Origin: an uncultured Actinomycetes bacterium
GTDB lineage: Bacteria > Actinomycetota > Thermoleophilia > Gaiellales > JAICJC01
Assembly (NCBI GenBank): GCA_963811675.1
Contig: CAWESH010000004.1
Span: forward strand, 99,976 to 163,975
Length of the DNA: 64,000 bases
Direction of reading: 5' to 3'
Positions 13,336-22,252 of the stretch are shown piece after piece. Position numbers and translations under genes: made by a program. Position 1 is the first letter of the stretch; the number at the start of each line of letters is the position of its first letter. The notes under the pieces are model-generated. The model saw only the letters and a program-made list of their open reading frames with translations, did no database searches and was not told where the DNA came from.

Positions 13336-13641
13336 TCACAGATCCTCCTCGACCGACAGCAGGCTGCGAGTGCAACCGATCAGGTCGTAGTCCTGACCCG
13401 AAAGGTACCGCTCGGCCTCATCCAAAGCGCGCACTGCGTCGCCCGACTCGCGCCGGACCACCACCAGGGTCAGTCGAGCGCGCTGCCACAGATCGTGGAA
13501 GTCGACCTCGGCGATCGACGCTCCCAGCTGCCGTTCCAACTGGGCCTTGGTGTGGCGCAGATGGCTGCGCTTGGCTTTCAGCGAGTGGGATTCGGGGAAG
13601 TGGAGATCGAACGTCAACACGCCGAGATACCCGCTGGCCAT
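13336..13641 (-). CDS. DUF503 (YlxP-like) protein
   Basis: GVLTFDLHFPESHSLKAKRSHLR... follows the typical DUF503 pattern. This family normally sits between infB and rbfA. Confidence 0.7.
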   Translation of the reverse strand: MASGYLGVLTFDLHFPESHSLKAKRSHLRHTKAQLERQLGASIAEVDFHDLWQRARLTLVVVRRESGDAVRALDEAERYLSGQDYDLIGCTRSLLSVEEDL

Positions 13642-13648
13642 ACGATGG

Positions 13649-13654
13649 AGCCTA
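13649..13654 (-). promoter_or_regulatory. -10-like hexamer TAGGCT, 7 nt upstream of the DUF503 ATG
   Basis: The minus strand reads TAGGCT-CCATCGT-ATG with no SD. It lies in the ~60-bp divergent region shared with the antiporter gene. Confidence 0.3.
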
Positions 13655-13701
13655 CCGGCGCCCACGGGACGCCACGACGAAAGGCAAGCGGAGTGAGTGA
13701 G

Positions 13702-14904
13702 GTGTCCGACTTCGGCGAGTTGGTGCTGGTCGTGTCGGTGGCGTTGCTGTTGGCACTGCTCTGCAGCCGCCTCTCAAGTGGCCTGCGGGTGCCCGCGGCA
13801 GCGTTGCTGCTGATCGGGGCGGCGGTCGCGGCGGATATCGCTCCCCGGCTGGGAACGACGGTGTCGATTCACGACGTGACCCGGATCGGGGTGGTCGCCC
13901 TGATCGTGATCCTGTTCGACGGTGGAATGGATCTCGGCTGGCGCTCGGTGCGCCGCTCCATCGGGCCGGTGCTCGGCCTCGGGATCGTGGGCACGTTCGC
14001 CACGGCGGGGATCATGGCCGCCGCTGCTCACTACCTGCTGGGGCTCGACTGGGTGCCGGCGGCGGTGATCGGCACCGCGCTCTCGCCGACCGATCCGGCG
14101 GTGATGTTCTCGGTGCTTGGAGACCACGCCCCCAAGGGGCGCGTGACCACCATCCTGGCGGCGGAGTCGGGCGCCAACGACCCGGTCGGGATTGCGCTCA
14201 TGATCGGAGTGCTGAGCGCCGTCTCGCATCCCGGGCACTCCCACTGGAACGTGGCGGCTGAGGTCGGCTGGCAGATGCTGATCGGAGTGATCGTGGGAGG
14301 CCTGGGCGCGGTGCTCACAACCAAGCTGCTGACGCGCGTCGTGCGGCCCGCAGGCTCGCTTGATCCGATCACCGCCCTGGCCGCTGCCGGCGTGATCTAC
14401 GGCGTGGCGGCGGTGCTGGACGGTTCAGGATTTCTGGCGGTGTTCGTGGCCGGGCTGCTGCTGGGCGACACCGCTGTGGGTGACGACGGATCCGTGCGTG
14501 CGTTTCACTCGCAGCTCGCGTCGGTGGCGGAGTTGGTGGTGTTCGTCGGGCTGGGATTGACCGTCGGGCTGGGAACGCTCGACCTCGGCACGGTGCTGAC
14601 CGACGGACTGGTGCTGGCGGCCATCCTGATCCTGGTGGCACGGCCGGCGGCAGTGGCGGCGCTTCTGTGGCCTGCCAAGCTCAGGCGCGGCGAGAAGGTC
14701 TTCATCGGCTGGCTGGGGCTACGCGGTGCCGTGCCGATCCTGCTGGCCGCATTCGCTGTCGACCAACACGTGCAGCAGGCGCACACCGTCTACGGCATCG
14801 TGTTCGTGGTGGTTACCGTCTCGGTACTGATTCAAGGGTCGCTGATCCGCGCGGTCGCACAGCGGGTCGGAGTGCACCTCGGTCCAGCCGCCGATCAGGC
14901 CTGA
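13702..14904 (+). CDS. cation:proton antiporter (CPA1/NhaP-like)
   Basis: The protein is multi-TM and carries motifs typical of Na+/H+ exchangers (ALSPTDPAV, AESGANDPVGIAL). The first ~120 codons of ORF 13324..14904 are antisense to DUF503 and are discarded. The start is GTG 13702 (GGAG upstream) or GTG 13693. Confidence 0.75.
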   Translation: MSDFGELVLVVSVALLLALLCSRLSSGLRVPAAALLLIGAAVAADIAPRLGTTVSIHDVTRIGVVALIVILFDGGMDLGWRSVRRSIGPVLGLGIVGTFATAGIMAAAAHYLLGLDWVPAAVIGTALSPTDPAVMFSVLGDHAPKGRVTTILAAESGANDPVGIALMIGVLSAVSHPGHSHWNVAAEVGWQMLIGVIVGGLGAVLTTKLLTRVVRPAGSLDPITALAAAGVIYGVAAVLDGSGFLAVFVAGLLLGDTAVGDDGSVRAFHSQLASVAELVVFVGLGLTVGLGTLDLGTVLTDGLVLAAILILVARPAAVAALLWPAKLRRGEKVFIGWLGLRGAVPILLAAFAVDQHVQQAHTVYGIVFVVVTVSVLIQGSLIRAVAQRVGVHLGPAADQA

Positions 14905-16961
14905 CGCGCGACCTCTTTGATCGAATAGGCCTCGAGTACATCGCCCTCTTTGATGTCGTCGAAGTTCTCGAGTGTGAGCCCGCATTCGAATCCCTGAGCG
15001 ACTTCACGGGCGTCGTCGGAGAAGCGCTTGAGGGTCTCGATACGACCGTCGTGGACGATCGCGCCGTCGCGCACGATCCGCACCTGAGCGCCTCGCTGGA
15101 TCACGCCCTGGGTGACCATGCAGCCCGCGATGGTGCCCACCTTCGAGGCCTTGAACGTCTGGCGCACCTCGGCCTCACCCATCACCTCTTCCACCTTCTC
15201 GGGCGAGAGCATTCCGATCAGCGCCTGTTGGATGTCCTCGGTCAGCTTGTAGATCACACGGTAGGTGCGGATGTCGACACCTTCACGCTCGGCCAGGGCC
15301 TTCGCGTCCGCGTTGGGGCGCACGTTGAATCCGATCACGATCGCATTCGAGGCCGCTGCCAGGTTCACGTCCGATGCCACGATGCCACCCACGCCGGAGT
15401 GGATCACGTTGACGGTGACTTCCTCGTGCTGGATCTTGCCGAGTTCGTCGATGGCGGCTTCCACCGAGCCCTGCACGTCGGCCTTGATCACAAGGTTGAG
15501 TTCCTGCACAGCGCCCTCCTGCACGGCGCTGAAGAGATCCTCGAGGCTGACGGACTTGGAGCGCCGGGCCAGCATCTCGGTGCGGAGACGCTGCGCCCGT
15601 TGCTGCGCCATCTGGCGCGCGACCCGCTCGTTGTCGACGACGTGGCAGAACTCGCCCGCCGGCGGCGGGCGATCGAAGCCGAGGATCTCGACCGGGGTGC
15701 CTGGGCCGGCGTCTCGGACGCGCTTGCCGCTGTGATCGTTGAGTGCCTTGACTTTGCCCCAGGCGTCGCCGGCGACCACCGCATCCCCCACGCGCAATGT
15801 GCCGCGTGACACCAGCAGCGTGGCCACCGGGCCGCGGCCGACGTCCAGGCGCGACTCGATGATCACACCGGACGCTTCGGCCTTCGCGTTTGCGTGCAGG
15901 TCGAGCACGTCGGCCTGCAGCAGGATCGAGTCCAGCAGCTTGTCGAGGTTCGTCCCGTTCTTGGCTGAAACGTCCTCAAAGATTGTGTCGCCACCCCACT
16001 CGGACGGCTGCAGACCGTGCGTCGTCAGTTCCTGGCGGGCTCGGTCGGGGTTGGCTCCGGCCTTGTCGATCTTGTTGACCGCCACCACGATCGGGACATC
16101 CGCCGCCCGGGCGTGGTCGATCGCCTCCACCGTCTGGGGCATGACTCCGTCGTCGGCTGCCACCACCAGCACGGCCACGTCGGTGACCTTGGCACCGCGG
16201 GCCCGCATCGCGGTGAAGGCCTCGTGACCGGGGGTGTCGAGGAAGGTGACTTTGCGTCCGTCGGGCACATCCACCTGGTAGGCACCGATGTGCTGGGTGA
16301 TACCTCCGGCCTCAGTTGAGACCACCGAGGCCTCGCGAATCGAGTCCAGCAGCGTCGTCTTGCCGTGATCGACATGGCCCATGATCGTGACCACCGGGGG
16401 GCGAGGGACGAGATCCGCGGGATCGTCGTCGTAGGTGATCTCTTCATCGTCTTCGTCGGCGGCGTGCTGGATCGTGATCTCGCGTTCCAACTCGCCTGCC
16501 AGTATCTCCACGGCGTCGTCGGACAGCGAAACGGTCAGCGTCACCATCTCCCCCAGCCCCATCATCACCGTGATGATGCGGGCGGGCGAGATTCCAAGTG
16601 CCTCGGCCAGGTCTTTGACGGTGATCCCGGACGGGACCTTGACCGGCCCGGTCGGCACCTCGACTTCTTTCTTTGGCTCGGGGCGAGCGCTTCGCTCCCG
16701 TCGCTGCGGCGGCTTGCGACCCGCTTGAGCGTCGATCACGACTCGGCGTTTGCCCTTCGGCGACGCGCCCCGCTGCGGGCGGGGATGGCGGGCCGGCTGA
16801 CCCGGCTGCTGAGCCGGCGCGGCGCCGGCCGTGGCGTCGTCGGCCGGGGGCGTGGCAGGCGCTTCTGTGGCAGGCGCTTCCGCCGCCGCCGCCTCGGGCG
16901 CCTTGGCTGCAGGCGCCTTCTTGGCGGGCGCCTTCTCCTTTGTCGGTGGTCGCTTGGCCAT
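14895..16961 (-). CDS. infB: translation initiation factor IF-2
   Basis: Intact 688-aa ORF. It has an Ala/Pro/Lys-rich N-terminus and a GTPase domain with VTIMGHVDHGKTTLLD, DTPGH and NKID. Confidence 0.95.
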   Translation of the reverse strand: MAKRPPTKEKAPAKKAPAAKAPEAAAAEAPATEAPATPPADDATAGAAPAQQPGQPARHPRPQRGASPKGKRRVVIDAQAGRKPPQRRERSARPEPKKEVEVPTGPVKVPSGITVKDLAEALGISPARIITVMMGLGEMVTLTVSLSDDAVEILAGELEREITIQHAADEDDEEITYDDDPADLVPRPPVVTIMGHVDHGKTTLLDSIREASVVSTEAGGITQHIGAYQVDVPDGRKVTFLDTPGHEAFTAMRARGAKVTDVAVLVVAADDGVMPQTVEAIDHARAADVPIVVAVNKIDKAGANPDRARQELTTHGLQPSEWGGDTIFEDVSAKNGTNLDKLLDSILLQADVLDLHANAKAEASGVIIESRLDVGRGPVATLLVSRGTLRVGDAVVAGDAWGKVKALNDHSGKRVRDAGPGTPVEILGFDRPPPAGEFCHVVDNERVARQMAQQRAQRLRTEMLARRSKSVSLEDLFSAVQEGAVQELNLVIKADVQGSVEAAIDELGKIQHEEVTVNVIHSGVGGIVASDVNLAAASNAIVIGFNVRPNADAKALAEREGVDIRTYRVIYKLTEDIQQALIGMLSPEKVEEVMGEAEVRQTFKASKVGTIAGCMVTQGVIQRGAQVRIVRDGAIVHDGRIETLKRFSDDAREVAQGFECGLTLENFDDIKEGDVLEAYSIKEVARQA

Positions 16962-17245
16962 TACCTCAATCCTTCCATTCCAGGGGCTGCGCGCTCAACC
17001 TCGAGCAGGCGTTCCAGCCCCCCGTAATCCTTGATCGTCTGCCGCAATCGCCGCCCCAGAGAGCCTTTTCCACGGGCGCGCTCGGCACATTCCTGTCCGG
17101 GGCAGAGATAGGTGCCCCGCCCTTCTAAACGTCGATCCACATCGATCACCACCGAGCCTGCATCGGCTGTTACGCGCCACAGCTCGGCCTGGGGCCGGCG
17201 GGTACCGCAGCCTGCGCATTGCCGGGTGGGGATGTGTGCGGTCAC
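16961..17245 (-). CDS. ylxR: YlxR/DUF448 family RNA-binding protein
   Basis: The 94-aa ORF carries RQCAGCG...GRGTYLC, typical of YlxR. It lies between nusA and infB with overlapping start and stop codons. Confidence 0.8.
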   Translation of the reverse strand: MTAHIPTRQCAGCGTRRPQAELWRVTADAGSVVIDVDRRLEGRGTYLCPGQECAERARGKGSLGRRLRQTIKDYGGLERLLEVERAAPGMEGLR

Positions 17246-18522
17246 GACGCCGCCGGCTCTCCCTCCTCCATTGCCGCGAGCTCCCGGTGAGCCGGGATGC
17301 CGCAGTAACGGCTTCCTTCGATCGCCTGGTTGGGACAGCGCTTGCCCGACGATGTCACCGCGACGCAGCGGCCGGGGAACTCGTCGTCCTCGCCGTCAGC
17401 GCCGGTGTACGGAGTGTCGCTCTCGTCGGAGTAGTAGTCGGTCTCCGACACGATGTCGATCCGCCAGCCGGTGAGCCGGTGGGCCAGCCGCGCATTCAGC
17501 CCTTCCTTGCCGATCGCAAGCGACAACTGATCGTCCGGCACAACCACAGTCGCCTGACGTCCGTCGTCATCCACGTACACCTCGCGCACCTTGGCCGGTG
17601 ACAACGCCTTGGCCACGAACCGGGCGGGCTCGTCATTCCACGGGATGATGTCGATCTTCTCTCCGCGAAGCTCCGACACCACCATGCGCACCCGCGATCC
17701 ACGCGGCCCTACGCAGGCACCGACGGGATCCACGCCCTGAACCTTCGACTCGACCGCGATCTTCGCTCGATAGCCCGGTTCTCGGGCGACCGCGCGGATG
17801 GTCACGAGGTTGTCGGCGATCTCTGGCACCTCCAGCTCGAAAAGCTGGCGGATGAGATCGTCGGAGCGGCGCGAGAGCACCACCTGGGGGCCCTTGCCTT
17901 CGCTTCGTACCTCGATGATCACGGCCTTGATCCGACTGCCCTGCTCGTACCGCTCTCCCGGCACCTTCTCCGAGCCGGGCAGGATCGCCTCCATCCGGCC
18001 GAGGTCGACGAACGCGTAGCGGGAGTCGTCCTGCTGGACGATGCCGGTCACGATCTCGCCGACGCGGTCGTGGTACTCCTCGTACATCATTGAGCGCTCG
18101 GCCTCGTTGATGCGCTGCTTCAACACCTGCTTGGCGGTCTGGCCTGCGATCCGGCTGAAGTTCGCCGGAGTGACATCAACCATCACGTCGGGACTGAAGA
18201 ACGTCCACTCGATCTCGGGCTCCGGTTCGGCGTGCTCTTCTCCCTGGTGACCGTCGGTGGTGACCACGTCGGCGGGCGCCAGCGCGAACTCGCGGTGATG
18301 CGGATGGGCTTCGAGGTAGGCCTCCCAGGCGTCCGGCTGCACCGACCACACGGTGTAGTCGCCGGAATCGCGATCGATATCCACGCGCACCGGGTGACGG
18401 GCGTCGGGCATCTTGCGATATGCCGCCTGCAGGGCGTCCTCGATTGCGGGCAGCAGTGTGCCCGGCTCGATGCCCTTTTCCTTTTCCACCAGCTTGACGC
18501 CCTCAAGAATCTCTTTGTTCAC
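17242..18522 (-). CDS. nusA: transcription termination/antitermination factor NusA with an unusual Cys/His-containing C-terminal tail
   Basis: The 426-aa ORF has the NusA N-terminal domain, S1 and two KH domains (GACVGPRGSRV, AIGKEGLNARLA). Acidic residues and C-x9-C-x11-C-x4-H follow. Confidence 0.93.
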   Translation of the reverse strand: MNKEILEGVKLVEKEKGIEPGTLLPAIEDALQAAYRKMPDARHPVRVDIDRDSGDYTVWSVQPDAWEAYLEAHPHHREFALAPADVVTTDGHQGEEHAEPEPEIEWTFFSPDVMVDVTPANFSRIAGQTAKQVLKQRINEAERSMMYEEYHDRVGEIVTGIVQQDDSRYAFVDLGRMEAILPGSEKVPGERYEQGSRIKAVIIEVRSEGKGPQVVLSRRSDDLIRQLFELEVPEIADNLVTIRAVAREPGYRAKIAVESKVQGVDPVGACVGPRGSRVRMVVSELRGEKIDIIPWNDEPARFVAKALSPAKVREVYVDDDGRQATVVVPDDQLSLAIGKEGLNARLAHRLTGWRIDIVSETDYYSDESDTPYTGADGEDDEFPGRCVAVTSSGKRCPNQAIEGSRYCGIPAHRELAAMEEGEPAAS

Positions 18523-18971
18523 CGTCGACCTCCCACTGGGTCGTACACCAGGTGGCTTCGATCGATTTCGGAGTACGCGATGCGTACCGCCGAGCCGTCC
18601 TGGTCAAGCTCAACATGCGTGTCGTCAGCAGCCAAAAGGCGGCCTTTGAACCGGCGCCTGCCCTCGGTCGCCTCCACCAGTTCTATTGCAACTGTCTGTC
18701 CCTGTACTCGCTGGAAGTGCGCCGGCCTGGTCAGCGGCCGGTCGAGTCCCGGTGACGAGACTTCGAGTGCAAACTTCTCACGCACCGTGGCCAGTTCACG
18801 ACTCACACGCTGGCACAGCTCGACGTCGACGCCGCCCTGCTCGCGGTCGATGTAGACGCGCACCACACCAGAGGATGGGCCCTCTGTGAGCACGACTTCG
18901 ACCTCCGGCATCTGAGCCGAGAGGGTTCGTTCGATCTCGCGCTGAAGCTGTTCTGCGCTGGTTGCTGCCAC
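18519..18971 (-). CDS. rimP: ribosome maturation factor RimP
   Basis: The motif in LEVSSPGLDRPL is typical of RimP, and the gene lies directly upstream of nusA. The start is placed at GTG 18971. The ORF itself extends to 19031. Confidence 0.8.
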   Translation of the reverse strand: MAATSAEQLQREIERTLSAQMPEVEVVLTEGPSSGVVRVYIDREQGGVDVELCQRVSRELATVREKFALEVSSPGLDRPLTRPAHFQRVQGQTVAIELVEATEGRRRFKGRLLAADDTHVELDQDGSAVRIAYSEIDRSHLVYDPVGGRR

Positions 18972-19101
18972 TACCCACCACCATCGAGTCGTGGGCGAAA
19001 AAAGAGGCGGGTTCACACCCACCTCGTTCACCGCCTCGAAATCTTCTTACGAAACCCGTACTCTAGCAGGCGATGTATGGACACGACACCGGCCGGACCG
19101 T

Positions 19102-19554
19102 GTGCGCGCGCTGATTCAGCGGGTCACCAACGCCGCTGTGAATGCGGGTGAAGAACGGCTCGGGGCGATCGATTGCGGGCTGCTGGTGTTGGTCGCAGCC
19201 GGCCCCCACGACGGGCCGAAGGAGGCTGCCTGGATGGCGGGCAAGGTGGCCCGCCTGCGGGTCTTCTCAGACGCCGCCGGCAAGATGAACCTGGCGCTGG
19301 CCGACGTCGGCGGGTCGGTCTTGTGCGTGTCCCAGTTCACGCTTTACGGCGATACGAGGCGGGGCAACCGGCCCAGCTTTGTGGGCGCTGCCCCTCCCCA
19401 GCTGGGAGAGCAGCTGGTGGACGCGTTCGTGCGCGAGCTGCGGGCTCTCGGAGTCGAGGTGGAATGCGGCCGGTTCGGCGCCGACATGCAGGTCACACTG
19501 ACCAACGACGGCCCGGTCACGATCTGGATCGACTCCGCCGCCCGTGGTGAATAA
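19102..19554 (+). CDS. dtd: D-aminoacyl-tRNA deacylase
   Basis: VRALIQRV...VSQFTLYGDTRRGNRPSF is the Dtd signature (SQFTL, GxRP). GTG start at 19102. The TAA stop lies inside palindrome copy 2. Confidence 0.88.
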   Translation: MRALIQRVTNAAVNAGEERLGAIDCGLLVLVAAGPHDGPKEAAWMAGKVARLRVFSDAAGKMNLALADVGGSVLCVSQFTLYGDTRRGNRPSFVGAAPPQLGEQLVDAFVRELRALGVEVECGRFGADMQVTLTNDGPVTIWIDSAARGE

Positions 19555-19579
19555 AAGGTGCCTGGCACCTTTTATTCAC
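19547..19579. repeat. copy 2 of the dispersed palindrome (GTGAATAAAAGGTGCCTGGCACCTTTTATTCAC)
   Basis: Perfect 16+1+16 inverted repeat. Compared with the other copies it has a compensated change (C>AA on the left arm, G>TT on the right). It lies between the convergent dtd and TPR genes. Confidence 0.9.
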
Positions 19580-19922
19580 TCAGGTTGTCGAGGGCTTGTT
19601 GGTAGTAGTCGACGGAGGGTCGCAGCAACACCGCCAGCTTGTAGTGCCCCAGGGCAGCCGAGGTGTCCCCCAACCGCTCGAGACAGCGCCCCAGGCAGAA
19701 GTGCGCGTAGTCATTTGCGGGTGCCGACTCGAGGATGAACTCGAACTCGGCGGCCGCTTCGCGATAGCGGTGAATGCGAATGTAGGCCACGCCCAGCGCC
19801 TCGCGGATCGAGGCCTTGTCGGGCTCCCGTCGGCGGGCCTTTTCCAAGGGCACGGTGGCCTGCGCCGGATGGCCCTCGGAGAGGAGTTGACGACCTTGCT
19901 GAAACAGCTCGTAGGTGTCCAA
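19572..19922 (-). CDS. TPR-repeat protein
   Basis: Translation LDTYELFQQGRQLL...ALGVAYIRIHRYREAAAEFEFILE...LGRCLERLGDTSAALGHYKLAV contains TPR-like 34-mers. A putative TTG start lies 5 nt after the upstream stop, so the start is uncertain. Confidence 0.5.
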   Translation of the reverse strand: MDTYELFQQGRQLLSEGHPAQATVPLEKARRREPDKASIREALGVAYIRIHRYREAAAEFEFILESAPANDYAHFCLGRCLERLGDTSAALGHYKLAVLLRPSVDYYQQALDNLSE

Positions 19923-19926
19923 ACCG

Positions 19927-22252
19927 CTAGTCCAGGCTTGTGATTTGCGCCAGTGCCGAGCGCAGGCGCAAGGCACCGGTAAACCGGTCGCGCAGTGACA
20001 GCTGCTTGCGAATCCGGCGCTTGATCGTACGCAGCTCCCGGCGCAACTCCCGGCCGGCCGGCTCGGCCTGCCGAACAGGCGCGTATCGAGCGCGACTGGC
20101 GTTGGCGGCAAAGGCTGAGGCATCCACCCCGAAGACGCTTTTGATCTCACCGGAGAGGTCCTCGAACGTACGCTCGGGTGAGTCCTTGATGCCCTGGTCG
20201 CCGACGAAGGTCGCCAGCTCGCGGTAGGCGGCCGCGGCCTGCGCCCGCGGACCGCGGCGCAGGTACCGCCATCGCACCGCCCCGAACTTGACCATCGCCA
20301 TCCCCACCGATCAGTGCCAGCAGGAGCACCCCTGCCGCCGTGATGAAGCCAAAACTGTGCCCGGAGGAGGTCGTCGCCGTCCCCTTGGTCGCCGGTGCGC
20401 CGCCGCCGTGATGACCGGCGGCTCCAGGCGCCGCCTTGCCGGTGGTTGCCACCCCTTGCTTCAGAATCCCCGCCTTGGGCAGAAACGTGAGTCGCTGTCC
20501 TTTGGGACCGACCGTGTTCGCCTTCTGGAGAGCGAGCAGGAACTTGGTGTTAGAGCTGGACGCTCCGCCGGGCAGGTGCCGGCTGGGAGTGGGCTCGAAC
20601 GGCTGCCATCCGTATCCAGGGAAGTAGGCCTCGACCCACGAGTGGGCGTCGCGATCAGTGACCACGTATGGGTCGGTCACACCGGGGCCCTTGACCCCGG
20701 TGGCGAAGCCGACCGGGACGCGCGCGGGGATGCCGTGCAGGCGCAGAACCAGCGCCATCGCTCCCGAGAACATCTGACAGTAGCCGTGATGCCCGGTCAG
20801 CATGAACTGGGCCAGCACCGGCGAGCTGTCCGAGAACTTGGGGTCAAGGTCATACACGAACGGCTTGGCCCGAAAGTACGCCTCGACGTCGAATGCGGCG
20901 GACCACTCGTTGGTCTCGCTGGCGGCCTGTGAGCGTCTCCACACCTGATCGGCGGCCTTGACCAGGGCCGGGTCGATCCCCGCTGTGTCATCGGGGCCCG
21001 CGGTCTGGGGCCACGAGGGGATCACGTGCCCGCCGATCGAGAGATCGCGCTGCACCAGGCGCGGGAAGGTGTGCCCGGCGTCCTGCAAGTCCTTGCGCGA
21101 CGGGTTGGGGACGTACACAAGTGACGAGTACGTCGTGTTTCGCGCCAGGTCGTGATCGGCTTCGGCGGTGGTATCGGTGTTCAGCGTGAACGGCGTGTTC
21201 GGCCGGCCCCGACCATCGCAGCGGCTGGGCGGCGCTGACCAGGTGGCTGTCGGCCAGCGCGAGCACCTTCACCCGCACGATCATGGTGTGTTGACCGGGA
21301 TGAGCCGCGTCGGGCGGAAGCGCCGAGCGGCGGCACGGTGACCGATCCGTCGTGGACGGGAGAAGGCCCCTGTGGTGATCGGATAGGAACTCGCCGTCCA
21401 GGCGCCGTGGCTGAAGTTCTCGAGCGTCGCGACCTTCCAGTAGGTCGCATGTGGAGCCCAGACGTTCAGGACAGCCGTCGGCTTACCTCTCCAGTGCAGT
21501 GGCTTGTAGGACTGATCCCACACGTAGCTGAGATCGCGGGGCGGCGCGCTCGACGCCAGCGGGTTCCACGTGTGCCAGCTCATGAATGCGGCTTTGTTCA
21601 CGCCTGGCAGCGCAGAGACGATCAGACCGAGCACGACCACGGCGGTGCCCACCGCCCAGGCCTGGCTCGACCCACCGCCGCTCAGCGGTCGTCGCGGCAC
21701 CAGGCGCAGCGTGATCAGCGCCGCGGCCAGGAACCAGGCCGCTCGCAGCCAGCGGGTGGTCGAGGTTGAGCACTGTGGAGGGAAACGCGAACAGCACCAG
21801 GGCAAGGGCGATCGAGATCAACGTCAGGCGGCGCAGTACGACCGTCCAGGCGAGCGTGGCGACCAGCGCCATGAACAGCAGCCGAGCGTCACTGTCGACC
21901 GCGCGGAACCGCCCGTAGTCGAACGGGGTGGTGGCGTTGAACCAGTCGTGGACGCCGTGGTTGATCCAGATCACTGCGGCGGCTGGGTAGCGAGTGAGGG
22001 CCGGAATCGCCCGGCCAGAGACTGGTGGTCATGCCGACTGCTGCGACCAGACAGACGGCCAGGGTGGCCAGCCCCGCCGCGCGGCCGAACAGCTGCGCCG
22101 CCAGCGTCGGGGCGACGGCGATCGCAATCATTAGCCAGCATCTCGAGCAGCGGTATCTGCGGCGACTCGATTCGCGCCCAGTGCCACGCGCCCACCGACA
22201 CCAGCGCTGTCAGTGCCAGCCAGGGGCCGTATGCCGGAGCGCGGTCACGCAT
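19927..22252 (-). pseudogene. transglutaminase-domain membrane protein (TgpA-like), heavily frameshifted
   Basis: At least seven colinear ORF pieces (21971..22303, 21889..22131, 21483..21974, 21281..21805, 20988..21284, 20147..21118, 19927..20307) make up the gene. They contain N-terminal TM helices and a Cys-His-Asp transglutaminase core (GYCQMFSGAM, DAHSWVEAYF, WQPFEPT). Confidence 0.7.
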
